A DNA stretch of 64,000 bases. Origin: an uncultured bacterium (GTDB lineage Bacteria; Babelota; Babeliae; Babelales; JACPOV01). Below the pieces are notes generated by a model that saw nothing but the letters and a program-made list of their open reading frames with translations, was not told the origin of the DNA and made no database searches. The stretch spans positions 1-64,000 of the forward strand of contig CAVUUR010000010.1 of NCBI GenBank assembly GCA_963744715.1. The letters run 5' to 3'. Both the position numbers and the translations under genes were made by a program. This document shows positions 51,638-61,692 of this stretch, one piece after another (the first letter of the stretch is position 1; each line of letters begins with the position of its first letter).

Positions 51638-52531
51638 TTAGGAAGGGTCGTACAGTCTCTCTGTCCTTTGGTCATGAGGAATGATACCGTACTCATCAAA
51701 CATAATCATGCCATAATCATCAAGAAGGTTACGATTTCTCATGGAAATATAAACCTGGGTATAATAAAGCATGAATATTGAAAGGCATTGTTCTTGAATG
51801 GCACGCGTAAACGAATCAAAATTTGAAATTATGGCCGAGGATTTTTCTTGTTGCTGTTCAATAACGTTTACAACGTTACGCAATAATTCTATGGTTGCGG
51901 TTTCTTGTTGGTCGGCAGGTGCTTGAAATGGAAATTGACCATCAAGTAATGCCTGATGAGTGCGGCTTAGCATAGTAAATATATTGATCATTTCTTCGAG
52001 CGTTTGTTTGTTGTTCGATATTAGAGTATTAAGTAATTCTTTTTGATCGTGAGTAAGAGTATGAACAAAAATAATTGTCTGTTCAATCAGATCTTCCACA
52101 ATGCGACGGGTGGACTTATATTCCGGTTGTTGAATAATATTCATAGCAACGTTATATGCATTACTACAGTATATAAGATCTGCTACACGATTATTAAAAT
52201 TATGTAACGAATGATTAAAGTTATCTATGTCCTTATAATCAGCAGCAGGTGTAGTTGGATACGCTTTTTTTGTTTTCTGTGCATACAGAATGATGTTGTT
52301 AAATGCTACAGTAGCCTCTATTTGATTACGTGCATGCGCAAATGAAAAAAGAAGAACGTTAGCAAGTAATTGCAATGCCTCAGGAGATTCTTGATCTATG
52401 AGAGGTGATATTTCTGCCCATATATGTTCGGATATACGCCGCGATGCTTTAGGATTTGATGCTGGAATTTCTTGCGCGATTGCATAGCTTACAGAAAAAA
52501 AACATACAGCGAAAAAAATAACGTTATTCAT
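51638..52531 (-). CDS. Secreted helical hypothetical protein
   Basis: Start corrected to MNNVIFFAVCFFSVSYAIA (GAGG RBS); longer ORF call overlaps tRNA-Pro. Confidence 0.75.
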   Translation of the reverse strand: MNNVIFFAVCFFSVSYAIAQEIPASNPKASRRISEHIWAEISPLIDQESPEALQLLANVLLFSFAHARNQIEATVAFNNIILYAQKTKKAYPTTPAADYKDIDNFNHSLHNFNNRVADLIYCSNAYNVAMNIIQQPEYKSTRRIVEDLIEQTIIFVHTLTHDQKELLNTLISNNKQTLEEMINIFTMLSRTHQALLDGQFPFQAPADQQETATIELLRNVVNVIEQQQEKSSAIISNFDSFTRAIQEQCLSIFMLYYTQVYISMRNRNLLDDYGMIMFDEYGIIPHDQRTERLYDPS

Positions 52532-52565
52532 TAATGCCTCAAGAAAAGAAATAATTCGATAAAAA

Positions 52566-52641
52566 TGGTCGGGGTGGCCAGACTCGAACTGGCAACCCCT
52601 CGCTCCCAAAGCGAGTGCGCTACCAATTGCGCCACACCCCG
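52566..52641 (-). tRNA. tRNA-Pro(TGG)
   Basis: CGGGGTG...CACCCCG-A-CCA; anticodon arm CTCGC-TTTGGGA-GCGAG. Confidence 0.97.
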
Positions 52642-52757
52642 ACAAATGATTTTTTGGTACAATTTAGTAAGAAAAAGTTTAGCTTTTTTCTTTTTGTGAT
52701 GCAAGATCTATTTTTTAAATAACTGATATTCTTGCATATTAAAAAAAGTAAAAACTT

Positions 52758-52834
52758 TGGGGTGAATGGTGGGAATCGAACCCACGACCCCCAGAACCAC
52801 AACCTGGTGCTCTACCAATTGAGCTACATTCACC
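52758..52834 (-). tRNA. tRNA-His(GTG)
   Basis: G(-1)GTGAATG...CATTCAC-C-CCA; anticodon arm CCAGG-TTGTGGT-TCTGG. Confidence 0.97.
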
Positions 52835-52899
52835 ATACATTATTGAAAGTATAAGATTTTTTAGGTAAAACGCAACCTGTTATGGAATGAATTTTTACT

Positions 52900-53709
52900 T
52901 TACCAAACAAAATCTAATCTTTTTTGTAAGTTTTTAATCCCTATCATCAAGCATACTGCTGAAAAAAACGTTATCGCAAGCAAGCATAGCCAGAAATTTA
53001 TGTATCCTTCTTGTCCTAAAATTGCCGTTCTTGCTGCTTCGGTAATGTATGTAATCGGATTTAAAAGATTTATTATTGCCAGGTTTGGGATCGTTTTGTA
53101 AAGAGCCATCCAAGAAAATTGGAAACCGCCCATATACCACATGGGATAGATAAACCTCGACCATATATTTGCTGATTTACTTATGCTGGCTGTTATACTG
53201 GTTGCCCATAAAATAAAACATGCATAAAAAAGACTCTGAAAAGCCATTGAGAGTAATAATTTACCATAAAAAATTTGTGTAAGATCCAATTGATTCCACA
53301 GGAGTATTTTCCCTGCAGGAAAAATTAAAAGAGCAAGTATAAAATACTGAATAAAATAATAGATAGCTTTACTTATGATAGCAAGCCAAGAAGGTATAGG
53401 TAACAGAAGCGAATAATTGATAATACGATCACCTTCAAGATCTGCAACAAGTTCGATAACGTTTCTAAAGAGCTCAAAAATTCCAGTTGCAGCGATGATG
53501 GCGCCGAATTGGAAGGCACCGAAATTGTTTGATAAACCAAAAAATGGCATTACGTAACCCATAACTATGGATTGTAAAGTAACCCAAATGATCAGATTTA
53601 TATATTTATCAAAAAAGGTTTGTTTCAAGATAGTTAAATCAGCGATTACTAACTGCTTGCATACGGTGAAGTACAATGCTTTATTCATAACGGGCTTAGT
53701 AGGTATCAT
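52900..53709 (-). CDS. ABC-2 type exporter permease
   Basis: Six TM segments, NPITYITEAAR motif, downstream of ABC ATPase. Confidence 0.88.
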   Translation of the reverse strand: MIPTKPVMNKALYFTVCKQLVIADLTILKQTFFDKYINLIIWVTLQSIVMGYVMPFFGLSNNFGAFQFGAIIAATGIFELFRNVIELVADLEGDRIINYSLLLPIPSWLAIISKAIYYFIQYFILALLIFPAGKILLWNQLDLTQIFYGKLLLSMAFQSLFYACFILWATSITASISKSANIWSRFIYPMWYMGGFQFSWMALYKTIPNLAIINLLNPITYITEAARTAILGQEGYINFWLCLLAITFFSAVCLMIGIKNLQKRLDFVW

Positions 53710-54446
53710 TAGTTTTGACCTGCCTTTAATAATTCGACAAATACATCTTCGAGATTTTTTTGTTTAAAATCAACGATTAATTTATCCGGTGTATCAATAA
53801 GTTTTATTTGTCCATGATCTAAGATGCACACACGATCGGATAATTTTTCTGCTTCATCCAGATAGTGCGTTGTCAGTAAGGTGGTAATGCCATCTTTTTT
53901 GAGATCTTTAATGATATCCCATATATTTCTTCTGATAGGTGCATCAAGGCCAGTACTTGGTTCATCAAATATGATGAATTTTGGGTTGGTAAGTAAAATG
54001 CGAGCAATCATAAAGCGTTGCTTGTATCCACCAGAAAGGACAGAGGCCTTTTGATGTAAATATTTTTGTAATCCAAATTGGGTAGATAATGCATCTATCC
54101 GTTGCATTATAACTTCTTGCGTCAACCCGTAAAATTTACCAGCAAAAATGAGATTTTGTTGGAGCGTTAAAAAAGTATTTAAATTAGGTTTTTGAGGACA
54201 ATAGCCCAAATGCAATCTAAACTCTGCAACGTTGTTGTAGATAGATTGTCCTTGATATTCAATATCGCCTTCGGTTGGCGGATGGAGCGTAGCAATAATT
54301 GATGACAAGGTTGTTTTTCCAGCACCATTAACACCTAAAAGGCTTATAATTTCACCTTTATAAATGTCAAAATTTATGCCTTTTAATACCTGAAAAGTAC
54401 CATAATTTTTCTTAATATTCTTAATTTTTAGTAAAATTTCTTGCAT
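53709..54446 (-). CDS. ABC transporter ATP-binding protein (DrrA/NodI-like)
   Basis: GVNGAGKT, LSGG, FDEPSTGLD, TTHYLDEAE. Confidence 0.93.
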   Translation of the reverse strand: MQEILLKIKNIKKNYGTFQVLKGINFDIYKGEIISLLGVNGAGKTTLSSIIATLHPPTEGDIEYQGQSIYNNVAEFRLHLGYCPQKPNLNTFLTLQQNLIFAGKFYGLTQEVIMQRIDALSTQFGLQKYLHQKASVLSGGYKQRFMIARILLTNPKFIIFDEPSTGLDAPIRRNIWDIIKDLKKDGITTLLTTHYLDEAEKLSDRVCILDHGQIKLIDTPDKLIVDFKQKNLEDVFVELLKAGQN

Positions 54447-54576
54447 AAAATCTCATGTAGTTTTTGAACAATGGTCATTAAGAGTATTTTTAATGATCCA
54501 ATTATCTAGTATGTTTTTTTAATATATATGTATAGTAATCAAAAAACAAAAAATATCAATCGGGCTTAATAGTATT

Positions 54577-54613
54577 AAAAAAAATAAGGCTGGGAGAACA
54601 TCTTCTCCCAGCC
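54577..54613 (-). terminator. Rho-independent terminator of groESL
   Basis: Stem GGCTGGGAGAA/TTCTCCCAGCC (54588-54613), followed on minus strand by TTATTTTTTTT. Confidence 0.85.
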
Positions 54614-54647
54614 AAATAATATTTATGAAGAACAGTATTAATAGTAA

Positions 54648-56295
54648 TTAATACATTCCGCCCATGCCACCCATTCCGCCCATACCGGCTCCTGGATGCG
54701 CGTGACCAGCTTCTTTTTTCTCTTCAGGAATTTCAGAAATAATTGCTTCAGTTGTTAACAACAATCCAGAAATAGATGCTGCATTTTGCAATGCTGTACG
54801 AGTTACTTTAGCAGGATCAATAATACCAGCTTCAATCATATCAACAAATTGACCGGTCTTGGCATCAAAGCCGACAGCTTCTTTTTCTGTTTTTACACGA
54901 TTTACAATAACTGATGCTTCATGACCTGCATTGGATGCAATAATTCGTAATGGTTCTTCGAGAGACGCATACAATTTGTGCACCAAGTTTTTCATCGCCT
55001 TCAAGTTTTAATTTGCTTACTGCAGTTTGCGCACGAAGTAATGCAACGCCACCACCGGCAACAATACCTTCTTCTACTGCGGCACGTGTTGCATTAAGTG
55101 CATCTTCGATGCGATCTTTCTTTTCTTTCATTTCTGTTTCAGTAGCTGCACCAACTTTGATAACTGCAACACCGCCAGCAAGTTTTGCTAAACGTTCTTG
55201 CAATTTTTCTTTATCGTAATCAGAGGTGTCTTGCTTCAATTTGTGCTTTGATTTGCAGCGACACGGCCTTTAATTGCTTGTGTTTCGCCTTTGCCTTCAA
55301 TAATGGTGCACTTATCTTTGGTGATTAAACACTTTTTGCACGGCCAAGATCATTCAAGCTTACGTTTTCTAAGTTTAAACCGATATCTTCAGAAATTAGT
55401 TTTCCGCCGGTTAAAATTGCAATATCTTCAAGCATTGCTTTACGACGATCACCAAATCCAGGAGCTTTAACTGCTGCAACATTAAGAGTGCCGCGAAGTT
55501 TATTAACTACTAACGTTGCTAACGCTTCGCCTTCAATATCTTCAGCAATGATCAAAAGAGTACGCCCCGATTTTGCTACTTGTTCAAGAATGGTAATAAG
55601 CTTTTCATGCTTGAAATTTTTTTTTCATACAATCAAAATGAGAGGATCATTGAGTACGGCTTCCATTTTTTCAGCATCGGTAATAAAATACGGAGAAAGA
55701 TAGCCACGATCAAATTGCATACCTTCAACGACTTCCAATTCATTTTCCATACCTTTTGCTTCTTCAACGGTGATAACACCATCGCGACCAACGCGTTCCA
55801 TAGCTTCAGCAATTTGTTGTCCAATACAGTATCGGAATTGCTGAAATAGTTGCAACTTGTTCAATTTCTTTTTTTGAACTTACTTTTTTTGCATTTCCTT
55901 TAATATACTGAACGACAGCCGTCAACTGCTTTGTCAATACCACGTTTTAATTCCATAGGATTAGCGCCAGCGGTGACATATTTATTTCCTTCACGGAAAA
56001 TAGCTTGTGCCAATACCGTAGCGGTAGTTGTGCCATCACCCGCAACATCAGCAGTTTTGCTTGCAACTTCTCGCACCATTTGTGCGCCCATATTTTCTAA
56101 TCGGTCAGCTAATTCAATTTCTTTAGCAACAGTTACACCGTCTTTAGTAATACCCGGAGCGCCAAATGATTTTTCGAACGCTACGTTACGACCACGGGGC
56201 CCGAGAGTTACTTTTACTGCATCGGCTAAGATATCCACACCTGAACGAATTTTATCACGTGCTTCGATCCCAAATAAAATACGTTTTGAAGCCAT
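54648..56295 (-). CDS. groEL: Chaperonin GroEL, frameshifted in this sequence
   Basis: Fragments [61 protein letters not shown] tail. Confidence 0.95.
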
Positions 56296-56329
56296 GAAAA
56301 CTCCTTATACTATAATTATTTATATTTTT

Positions 56330-56614
56330 TTACTTATTCATAACGCCAAGAATTTCATCTTCGCGAACAATGATATAATCACCAGCTTCAGTGCCTGCAT
56401 ATTTACCAACAAAAACAATATCGCCAGCTTTGACGGCTACAGGAATATGTTTCCCTTCGTTAGTAATACGTCCTTGTCCAACAGCTTTAACTTCACCGGT
56501 TTGTGTCTTTTCCTTTGCTGCATCAGGAATAAAAAGACCACCTGGGGTTTTTTCATCAGCATCAAGTCGCTTAATCAATACGCGATCACCCAATGGCTTA
56601 AGTTTTTCGAACAT
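56330..56614 (-). CDS. groES: Co-chaperonin GroES
   Basis: MFEKLKPLGDRVLI, TPGGLFIPDAAKEK, KYAGTE; AAGGAG RBS before ATG 56614. Confidence 0.96.
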   Translation of the reverse strand: MFEKLKPLGDRVLIKRLDADEKTPGGLFIPDAAKEKTQTGEVKAVGQGRITNEGKHIPVAVKAGDIVFVGKYAGTEAGDYIIVREDEILGVMNK

Positions 56615-56943
56615 AAAGTTCTCCTTAGTTAAAACAATACATAAAAAATTGAAATACAATGTATATTATTCGACATTAATCAAATACCCATGCTTTGCAG
56701 CATACATCAAGTATACAATAAATCTAAGCTAATTCAACCTTTATATAACATGACTCAACTTTTATTCAGAAAAAATTAAGATAAACTTAAAATTTAAAGT
56801 CATATTTTATATAAAAACATTAGTAAAGTCAAATGCTAAGAAAGAGCATAATCTTATCATTTATTTTGTAAAAATACCCAAGAAAACTTAAAAATATTAT
56901 AAGTGGCGTATTGTTGTTGTTCATGTAACTATTGATATGATTT

Positions 56944-57405
56944 TTAGCAGGTACATCCACTTTGGCAGCAATCATCATTGCCTTCATTGTTTTGTTGCTT
57001 TTTTTTCAATAATTCTTGAACGCGATCCACGGTTGGTTGAACAAGGCCAATAATATTATTTCCTGGGTCCTTGATGCTAGCAACAATAGCGTAATCAACC
57101 TGTGTTGGCGTGCTAATAAAATCGATACCTTTATCTTTTAATGATTCATAGAATGCCAATAAATCATTAACTTGAAGAGCAATTCCTGTGTATCGTTCAG
57201 GCAGCTGTTCATCAATATAGTATAAAAATAGCCGTATTCCTTGAATATCAAATTCTGCCCATTTTTGTTCAACGTAAAAGGTCATGGGGAGTCCTAATGT
57301 TTTATAAAATTCAACGGCAGCAGCAAGATCATGTTGCGTCAAACTTAACATAGAAACTGATATGGTTAACGAATTCATCGTTGTCTTTCGTATCAAATAT
57401 TTCAT
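56944..57405 (-). CDS. VOC/glyoxalase family protein with Cys-rich tail
   Basis: DLAAAVEFYKTLG, IKDPGNNIIGL; ends DDCCQSGCTC; start possibly 57378. Confidence 0.8.
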   Translation of the reverse strand: MKYLIRKTTMNSLTISVSMLSLTQHDLAAAVEFYKTLGLPMTFYVEQKWAEFDIQGIRLFLYYIDEQLPERYTGIALQVNDLLAFYESLKDKGIDFISTPTQVDYAIVASIKDPGNNIIGLVQPTVDRVQELLKKKQQNNEGNDDCCQSGCTC

Positions 57406-57525
57406 TGATGTAATAATTATTCACGCAATAATTTTTTAATATCAACAAATATAATGATTAGAGGTACATTATTATATATAAATAATAATAAGTGTAACAA
57501 TCATTAACGGGAGAGTCACGTACAA

Positions 57526-58188
57526 ATGCAGACAATAGCTATTTATCCATCTCTGATTAGTGCAAATCTTTTACAATTAGGTAATGAAATAGAAGCCCTT
57601 GAATCATATTGTGATGGATTTCATATTGATGTGATGGATTATCATTTTGTTCCCAATCTTACCTGGGGAAGTGCATTTGTTAATGCGATACGGAATCATA
57701 CCACTAAACGACTGTGGGTTCATTTAATGATGGAAAAAACATTGTCTTTTATTGAAACGATACATTTGGCACCAGGAGATATAGTGTCATTTCACATAGA
57801 AGAAAAAATTGATTTTAATGTAGCAATAAAATCTATAAAAGCAAAAAAAATGAAGGTGAGTATTGCAATAAAACCAAAAACGCCCCTTGCTGAATTATTT
57901 TCATTGTTGCCTTATATTGATCAAGTTCTGCTGATGTCGGTTGAACCCGGGTTTTCTGGACAGCCTTTTTTGCCCGATTCATTACAACGATTACAAGATC
58001 TTATCGAATATCGCAAAGAGAAATCACTATTATTTACCATAGGTATGGATGGTGGTATTGATGCAACAATCATTGGAACATTGGCACGTATGGGGGTTGC
58101 CGAAGTTGGTGTTGCTGCAGGTATTTTTGGCCACAGTAACCGCGTAAGGGCGCTGTTGGAATTATACGATGCTGCAAAAAAGATATAG
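57526..58188 (+). CDS. rpe: Ribulose-phosphate 3-epimerase
   Basis: PSLISAN, HIDVMD.HFVPNLTWG, VHLM, MSVEPGFSGQ, DGGI. Confidence 0.95.
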   Translation: MQTIAIYPSLISANLLQLGNEIEALESYCDGFHIDVMDYHFVPNLTWGSAFVNAIRNHTTKRLWVHLMMEKTLSFIETIHLAPGDIVSFHIEEKIDFNVAIKSIKAKKMKVSIAIKPKTPLAELFSLLPYIDQVLLMSVEPGFSGQPFLPDSLQRLQDLIEYRKEKSLLFTIGMDGGIDATIIGTLARMGVAEVGVAAGIFGHSNRVRALLELYDAAKKI

Positions 58189-58194
58189 TACTAG

Positions 58195-59583
58195 TTATAG
58201 ATGTGCACCGTGTTGTTTTAAGTAATTATAGATTTTTTTATTATTCGCATATGCTAGCGCGGTTTTATCATCCAAATCACGGGCATTGATAAATTGCTCA
58301 AAGTCAAATGAATCAAGGCCTAATACCTCTTGGGCTCGTTCAACAAGCATCTGTATAACGTCGAAAGAAATTTCATCGTCCGTACTAATATTAGCAGCAA
58401 GAAGTAGTGGTGTAAAACCATTCAGTTCTCCCTTCTGATTAATAAATTGCATAAATAATTTTTTATCGTTTCCAAAAAGTTTTTTTTCATTTTCTATAAG
58501 ATTTTTTGTAGTATGATAATGATGTCGTTGAATGGCTAGATGTAGCGCGGATCGACCATGAATGTCGCCAATGGTTAGAAAGAACATAGACAATTGTTCA
58601 TCGTCAAAGTATTTTTTTACCGCATCAAGGATGATAGAAATATAGTCTTTGTGACCATTGGCTGCTGCGTTTATTAGTGGCGTCCATCCAGCATCATCGC
58701 GTGTAGTAATGAGATAAAGAAAGTCTTTTGGGTCTGAGCTAAATTTTTCTCTTGCCTCATCTAATAAACTTTCCAATTTGTCTGTATATCCTGAATGAGA
58801 GGCGTAATGCATTAATAATTTACTCATCCTATGTTGTTCTGTAGTCGCTTTATCTTCTTGATGATCGACGGCTTGTGCTGCTTTATGATTGAGTAAAAAA
58901 ATTCTATCTCCAGGATCAACTGATAAATCCAAAGCTGTTCTTCCAAATGCATCCTTGGCATTAATGAATTCTGAGAACTGTTGAGAGTCTGCTCCAAAAA
59001 CATTTTGTGCCTGATGAACAAGAGCGGTAATAATATCACCAATACTGTGAAAGACTGCTAGCATTAAAGGATTTAGTTGCAAGTGTTTGGTGTGTCGCGT
59101 CAAAAAATCAAAAAATGATTTTTTATCATTTTTATATAATTGTGCCGTAGCTTGAAGTAATTGTTTGGTTACTGGTATATTATGGCGCTCAACAGCATGA
59201 TATAACGCTGTTTTTCCATGACTATCTTGTTCATTTATGATTTTAGCCAACAGAACAGTATTAGCATCTAGTACATCGGTCATAGTATTCAAAATAAGAC
59301 CAACTCGCTCAGTATCGCCCAGGCTTACCGCATGCATTAAGGGGGTCCATGGAATACCTTGTTCTGGCAAACCGGTTGTCATTACCTTAACAAAAGCTTG
59401 AGGATTGTGCCCATAGGCGGCAACAATTCTTTGAAGAGCTTGTTTAACCGCATTGGTTGACCGACCATGTAAGGCATTAATGAGATTTATGGATAGTTTT
59501 TGAGGTGAATTGGTTGCTGTATAATGAGATTCTGTAGATATATGCCATAGGCCGCATAGTATCAAAAAATATATTTTTTTCAT
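58195..59583 (-). CDS. Secreted ankyrin-repeat protein with helical inserts (different family from the array)
   Basis: Signal peptide; WTPLMHA, GKTALYHA, GWTPLINA, GRSALHLA, GFTPLLLA; two-fold internal duplication. Confidence 0.88.
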   Translation of the reverse strand: MKKIYFLILCGLWHISTESHYTATNSPQKLSINLINALHGRSTNAVKQALQRIVAAYGHNPQAFVKVMTTGLPEQGIPWTPLMHAVSLGDTERVGLILNTMTDVLDANTVLLAKIINEQDSHGKTALYHAVERHNIPVTKQLLQATAQLYKNDKKSFFDFLTRHTKHLQLNPLMLAVFHSIGDIITALVHQAQNVFGADSQQFSEFINAKDAFGRTALDLSVDPGDRIFLLNHKAAQAVDHQEDKATTEQHRMSKLLMHYASHSGYTDKLESLLDEAREKFSSDPKDFLYLITTRDDAGWTPLINAAANGHKDYISIILDAVKKYFDDEQLSMFFLTIGDIHGRSALHLAIQRHHYHTTKNLIENEKKLFGNDKKLFMQFINQKGELNGFTPLLLAANISTDDEISFDVIQMLVERAQEVLGLDSFDFEQFINARDLDDKTALAYANNKKIYNYLKQHGAHL

Positions 59584-59832
59584 TAGTTCCCCTAAAAGCT
59601 GATATTCATTATTGGTATAATGTCTATGATTTAGGTTTATAATACAAAATAAAAAATTATAATTGCAATAATTGTCACATAAAAATCCTGCTTATTTACC
59701 ATTGCCACCCACTTGTTCCAATTAGGGAATTATTATATACTTATATTCATAGTGATTTATATTTATTTATTTTTTATTTGTAAATATAAATATCAAAACA
59801 GTATAAAAATATAGATATTTTATGGGAAAATC

Positions 59833-61164
59833 ATGATGTTGAAAAAAATTGTTTTTATTGGTTTTATTGCGATCAATGTCTATCAAAGCATCTCTTCTTA
59901 TCACCTGGTCTTTCCTAAAAGCTTCTTAAAAGGGGTAGGCTTTTCTTCATTTCAGAATGGGGGCTCGTATTGGGGCATTAATAATTGGAATTTGTTTGAA
60001 GACAAAAAAACCATGTTAGGAAGACCTACTATAGCACTTGGACAAGTATCAGGCAAAGGTGCAGGCTTCTGGCAAAAGGCGTTTGAAGATATTCGATTAA
60101 TGAAAGAACTTGGTTGCAATGCCGTTCGTTTTTCAGTTGAATGGGCAGAAGTTGAGCCAGAAGAAGGTGTTTTTAATGAAAAAGCACTTGCGTTTTATGA
60201 GAAATATTGTTCTGCGCTTATTAAAGAAGGAATTATTCCAACCATAACCTTACACCATTTTACGCATCCGCTATGGTTTGAGCAAAAAGGTGGTTGGGAA
60301 CGAGAAGAAAATATTGCTTTATTCGTTCGTTTTGCGCAAAAAGTTTTCGAACGCCTTGGTACTAAAGTATCCATTTGGTATACCATCAATGAGCCTACGG
60401 TTTATAGTTTTATGGGATATATTTTAGGTATGCATGCTCCTGGAAAAATATTTCATATACAGACCGCAGGAATCGTACTAAAACATCTGCTTCAAGCACA
60501 TGTAGCAACGTATGCTGCTCTAAAAAAAATGCCAGGAGGCGATCGTGCACAAATAGGGTTAGTTCATCAAGTGCTTAAGGCTCAAGGATATTCCCCATGG
60601 CACCCGGTTGGCGATGTAGTAGCAGGTTTTTTAAATTTTTGCTCTGCACAAGAATGTGTGAAGAATTTTCTTAAAACCGGTGATTTTAATTATTATTTAC
60701 CGGGGATGGTGAACATTAAGTATCAAGATACCAATGCTTGTAATTCTTATGATTTTATCGGTATTAATTATTATTCACGCGTTGTTGTTAGATTTGGGCC
60801 AACTTGTTATCCGCATGAAACAATGACCGATATGGAATATCCAATTTTTGCCCAAGGTCTTTATGATACTATTGTTGAAATGTCTGAGCTTGGGGTTCCC
60901 ATCTATATTACCGAAAATGGCATTCCGGATAATGACGATACGCGACGAGATCAATTTATTAAAGAATATTTATGTTCTGTGTATCGTGCACTTGCCGATG
61001 GTTATGATGTGCGCGGGTATTTTTATTGGACATTAATGGACAATTTTGAATGGGATCGAGGATTTACCATTAAATTTGGTCTTTATGATGTTAATAGAGA
61101 AACGCTAGAACGTACATTACGCAAAGGCGCTTACGCGTTTCGTGATTTTTTTATTATTAAATAA
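59833..61164 (+). CDS. Glycoside hydrolase family 1 with N-terminal signal peptide
   Basis: RFSVEW, TLHHFTHP, TINEP (acid/base), IGINYY, ITENG (nucleophile), DNFEW. Confidence 0.93.
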   Translation: MMLKKIVFIGFIAINVYQSISSYHLVFPKSFLKGVGFSSFQNGGSYWGINNWNLFEDKKTMLGRPTIALGQVSGKGAGFWQKAFEDIRLMKELGCNAVRFSVEWAEVEPEEGVFNEKALAFYEKYCSALIKEGIIPTITLHHFTHPLWFEQKGGWEREENIALFVRFAQKVFERLGTKVSIWYTINEPTVYSFMGYILGMHAPGKIFHIQTAGIVLKHLLQAHVATYAALKKMPGGDRAQIGLVHQVLKAQGYSPWHPVGDVVAGFLNFCSAQECVKNFLKTGDFNYYLPGMVNIKYQDTNACNSYDFIGINYYSRVVVRFGPTCYPHETMTDMEYPIFAQGLYDTIVEMSELGVPIYITENGIPDNDDTRRDQFIKEYLCSVYRALADGYDVRGYFYWTLMDNFEWDRGFTIKFGLYDVNRETLERTLRKGAYAFRDFFIIK

Positions 61165-61273
61165 ATAATAAATGTCTCATCAATAATTAAAGATTATAAT
61201 AAAAATTGTTGATTTTATTCATTTTACTAGTACAATTTGTTAAAAAATAAATTTTCTAACAAAAATTAAGATA

Positions 61274-61555
61274 ATGGATTGTATGAATAAAACAATATTT
61301 TTAGTAATAAATATTTTGTGCATGTCAAAACTTATGAGTATGGAAAAAGATATCTTAGAAAAAGAGATACATGAGTTTAAAAATGATTATATATCATTTA
61401 TGAATGGGATATTTATTCCTAATATTTATCTACATTCCGAATTGCTATTGCAACAAGCGAAGGGACATGAGCTTCAAGAAATACAAATGATTCAACGAAG
61501 TATAATAATCTATAGCAATCAACATTATGCTCCAGCAAGCGATCCCATAGCATGA
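61274..61555 (+). CDS. Small secreted hypothetical protein
   Basis: MNKTIFLVINILCMSKLMS-MEK signal-like leader. Confidence 0.55.
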   Translation: MDCMNKTIFLVINILCMSKLMSMEKDILEKEIHEFKNDYISFMNGIFIPNIYLHSELLLQQAKGHELQEIQMIQRSIIIYSNQHYAPASDPIA

Positions 61556-61692
61556 TAATTAATTTGCGTTAACATTATTTGTTTCTTATACCAAATACTT
61601 TTATGAAATGTAGTAGGTAATATATACAAAGCTTATAGCGCTTTATATACTACATAACAAAATATAAAACCTATAAAATTTAGGGTATTGGT

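Noticed and set aside
52532..52802. N-terminal extension of ORF 51638..52645 and ORF 52620..52802
   Set aside because: They overlap tRNA-Pro and tRNA-His on the same strand; the real CDS starts at 52531
55931..56732. Plus-strand ORFs of 233 aa and 113 aa
   Set aside because: Antisense shadows of groEL/groES; the same applies to other short ORFs antisense to tyrS, cca, ftsI and yebC
56820..56839. TTAGTA-N8-TGCTAA upstream of groES as a CIRCE element
   Set aside because: CIRCE needs TTAGCACTC-N9-GAGTGCTAA; spacing and inner bases do not match
61607..61654. Imperfect hairpin ATGTAG..TATAT..AAAGC / GCTTT.ATATA.CTACAT
   Set aside because: AT-rich, bulged and without a U-tract; could be chance
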